NCBI GenBank assembly: GCA_965649825.1
Contig: OZ287701.1
Location: 547,101-611,100, forward strand
DNA from: Penicillus capitatus
Lineage: Eukaryota > Plantae > Chlorophyta
DNA length: 64,000 bases
Direction of reading: 5' to 3'
In this document: positions 62,601 through 64,000 of the stretch, one piece after another
Layout of the letters: every line of letters starts with the position of its first letter
Numbering within the stretch: position 1 is the stretch's first letter
Position numbers and translations under genes: made by a program
The notes under the pieces: model-generated
The model's input: only the letters and a program-made list of their open reading frames with translations
The model's database searches: none
Told to the model about the DNA's origin: nothing

Positions 62601-64000
62601 AGGGACAATGAACTTTGCTTTACATGGAGAGATTGAACAAAATGCGTGAACGTTTCGGTGACATTTAAATTGTTGGATGTTGCCTAGCCTATTTTACTTG
62701 TTTTCCTGTTGAATGGCATGCTAAGGCTGTTGAAATTCTTCGGTTTGAATTCACTGTGTCTCTTAGCGAGAGAAACATACAGGTCAACAATTGCTATCAA
62801 TGTTGAAAGGATTTTTTCGTAAAAAGAAGTCCCTATTGTGTTCTTTTGCGTCTTAGTTGTCGGACATCACCGTTCGCCTAGCATTAACTTCGCGCCGGAT
62901 TGGTGTTCACTCGATCGCGCTTACCATGAGATTTATATAGCCTCTCTACCAAATCACAAGGTCTTATGTCTGCATGGCGCCACCTCTAGCTTTGCTTACC
63001 GATTAGAAGTTTACATTCTTTTTGAACAATACACCGCATCGATCTCCGGGAAGTCTGTCTGCCGCCTACTCACTACTAGTCTCTAAGTCGCGATTTATCA
63101 TCGATACATAAATGCTGGCATCTGTTTGTTTTCAAGGTGTTATGCGCCTCAAAAGATTCTTACTTAAATTCGTTAATCTTTAAAGAATTACAGAGGAAAG
63201 GGTTGCAGTTGTCCGCCAACTCGACATTTTCTTCTGGGTGAAGGCGAGCTCGTTCTCGACGTAGGTGTCTTTTTCCTTGCGGATGACTCTACCGGCGTTG
63301 TTGTCCAAGTTCACCACGTGTAGTGCTTGAGACCTACCGTATGGATCACCATTGACCAATAGTCGGACGTAGAATTGCAGGACAGTCGTCAATGCCAATA
63401 AATGGCGGCCGACTGAACGACAGTTTTTCTCGAAAAAACTATCTGCTATCTTTCTCGATCTAAATTGACGCTTGAGATCTCTTTCTTCGCAGCGCTCTGA
63501 CAGAAGATTGGTTTATTCTTGATCGAGTCGTTGTTTCCTTCGAAGATAACGCTGCTACTAACGGGCATGACACTGACAGACATTAAGACTGAAGACGATC
63601 ACTTTGCACCCCATCATCCAGTACCCTGCACCAAGTACTAATTGATGCACACAATTTCGCGCGCACTCCTCAGTTTGGCAACGAGATCTTTCTTTTGTAC
63701 TTAGGTGCACACCGACTGACCATTTGTGTCGCGCGTTTACTTCTGAGGTTTTATCTATATTCTTGCTGCGGCTTTTTGCATTGCATACAACACAACCATG
63801 ACACTGATGCAGTTTAAAGTTCGATCGAGGAATGACTGCTTGTCTAAATTCCTTCGTGTGCCAGATACGAAAAACTGCAGTGAGTGTTTTACACAGGAAT
63901 ACTGCGATCAGAGCCTCCAATCGTCGCGGCAAAGACACCGTGCATGTTGACGACAATGCTCACGATTAAAGAGACTGTGCATTTGCAAGTCATTCTTTTA

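Larger units (their letters stand above)
58485..62636 (+). pseudogene. NB-ARC (STAND NTPase) - TPR NLR-like gene, intronless over this span, with three disabling lesions; 5' end and N-terminal domain unresolved
   Basis: FVGRKDQL, P-loop AIVGPGGIGKTQLA, Walker B YVFDDA, GHVIVTTRE and IPLVLAQ motifs, followed by a 43-aa TPR array. Lesions: insertion 59872-60172, TAG 60412-60414, -1 frameshift at ~60652. Confidence 0.85.

Noticed and set aside
60271-62649. Long alternative-frame and antisense ORFs over the TPR array (731 aa, 335 aa, 232 aa etc.)
   Set aside because: Shadows of a GC-rich tandem repeat whose unit lacks stops in other frames; the translations are low-complexity.
62640-64000. AT-richer tail with short minus-strand ORFs, possibly a transposon remnant
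   Set aside because: No transposase, RT or integrase motif recognised, and no terminal repeats seen.

Overview
Eukaryotic nuclear DNA from a compact, intron-rich green alga. It carries chlH, IDI and an At1g64430-like gene, has introns of mostly ~45-60 nt and uses the standard genetic code; a siphonous ulvophyte (Bryopsidales-like) origin is my inference. The dominant structure is a large inverted segmental duplication, with arms at 1..10818 (running off the window edge) and 39993..51345. The arms flank a 29.2-kb single-copy core: Nup98, an At1g64430-like gene, RMI1-like, IDI, eIF4G, MSH4, three orphan genes and chlH. Each arm holds the 5' end of an ankyrin gene, a small 3-TM protein, a large beta-helix (Pmp-repeat)/Cys-rich/multi-TM receptor-like gene and a secreted ML (MD-2/NPC2) lipid-binding protein. 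The ML paralogs differ by 14 amino-acid replacements against 1 purely synonymous codon change, and the receptor paralogs differ by 8 beta-helix rungs. To the right lie an ankyrin gene built from 99-nt phase-0 one-repeat exons (one with an in-frame TGA), a FUN14 gene, and an intronless NB-ARC-TPR (NLR-like) gene. That gene has a 129-nt near-perfect repeat array and is disrupted by a 301-bp insertion with a 6-bp target-site duplication, a TAG and a frameshift. Together these look like a candidate diversifying recognition/innate-immunity locus. Gene models were built by eye from splice signals and reading frames. No rRNA, tRNA or CRISPR array was seen.
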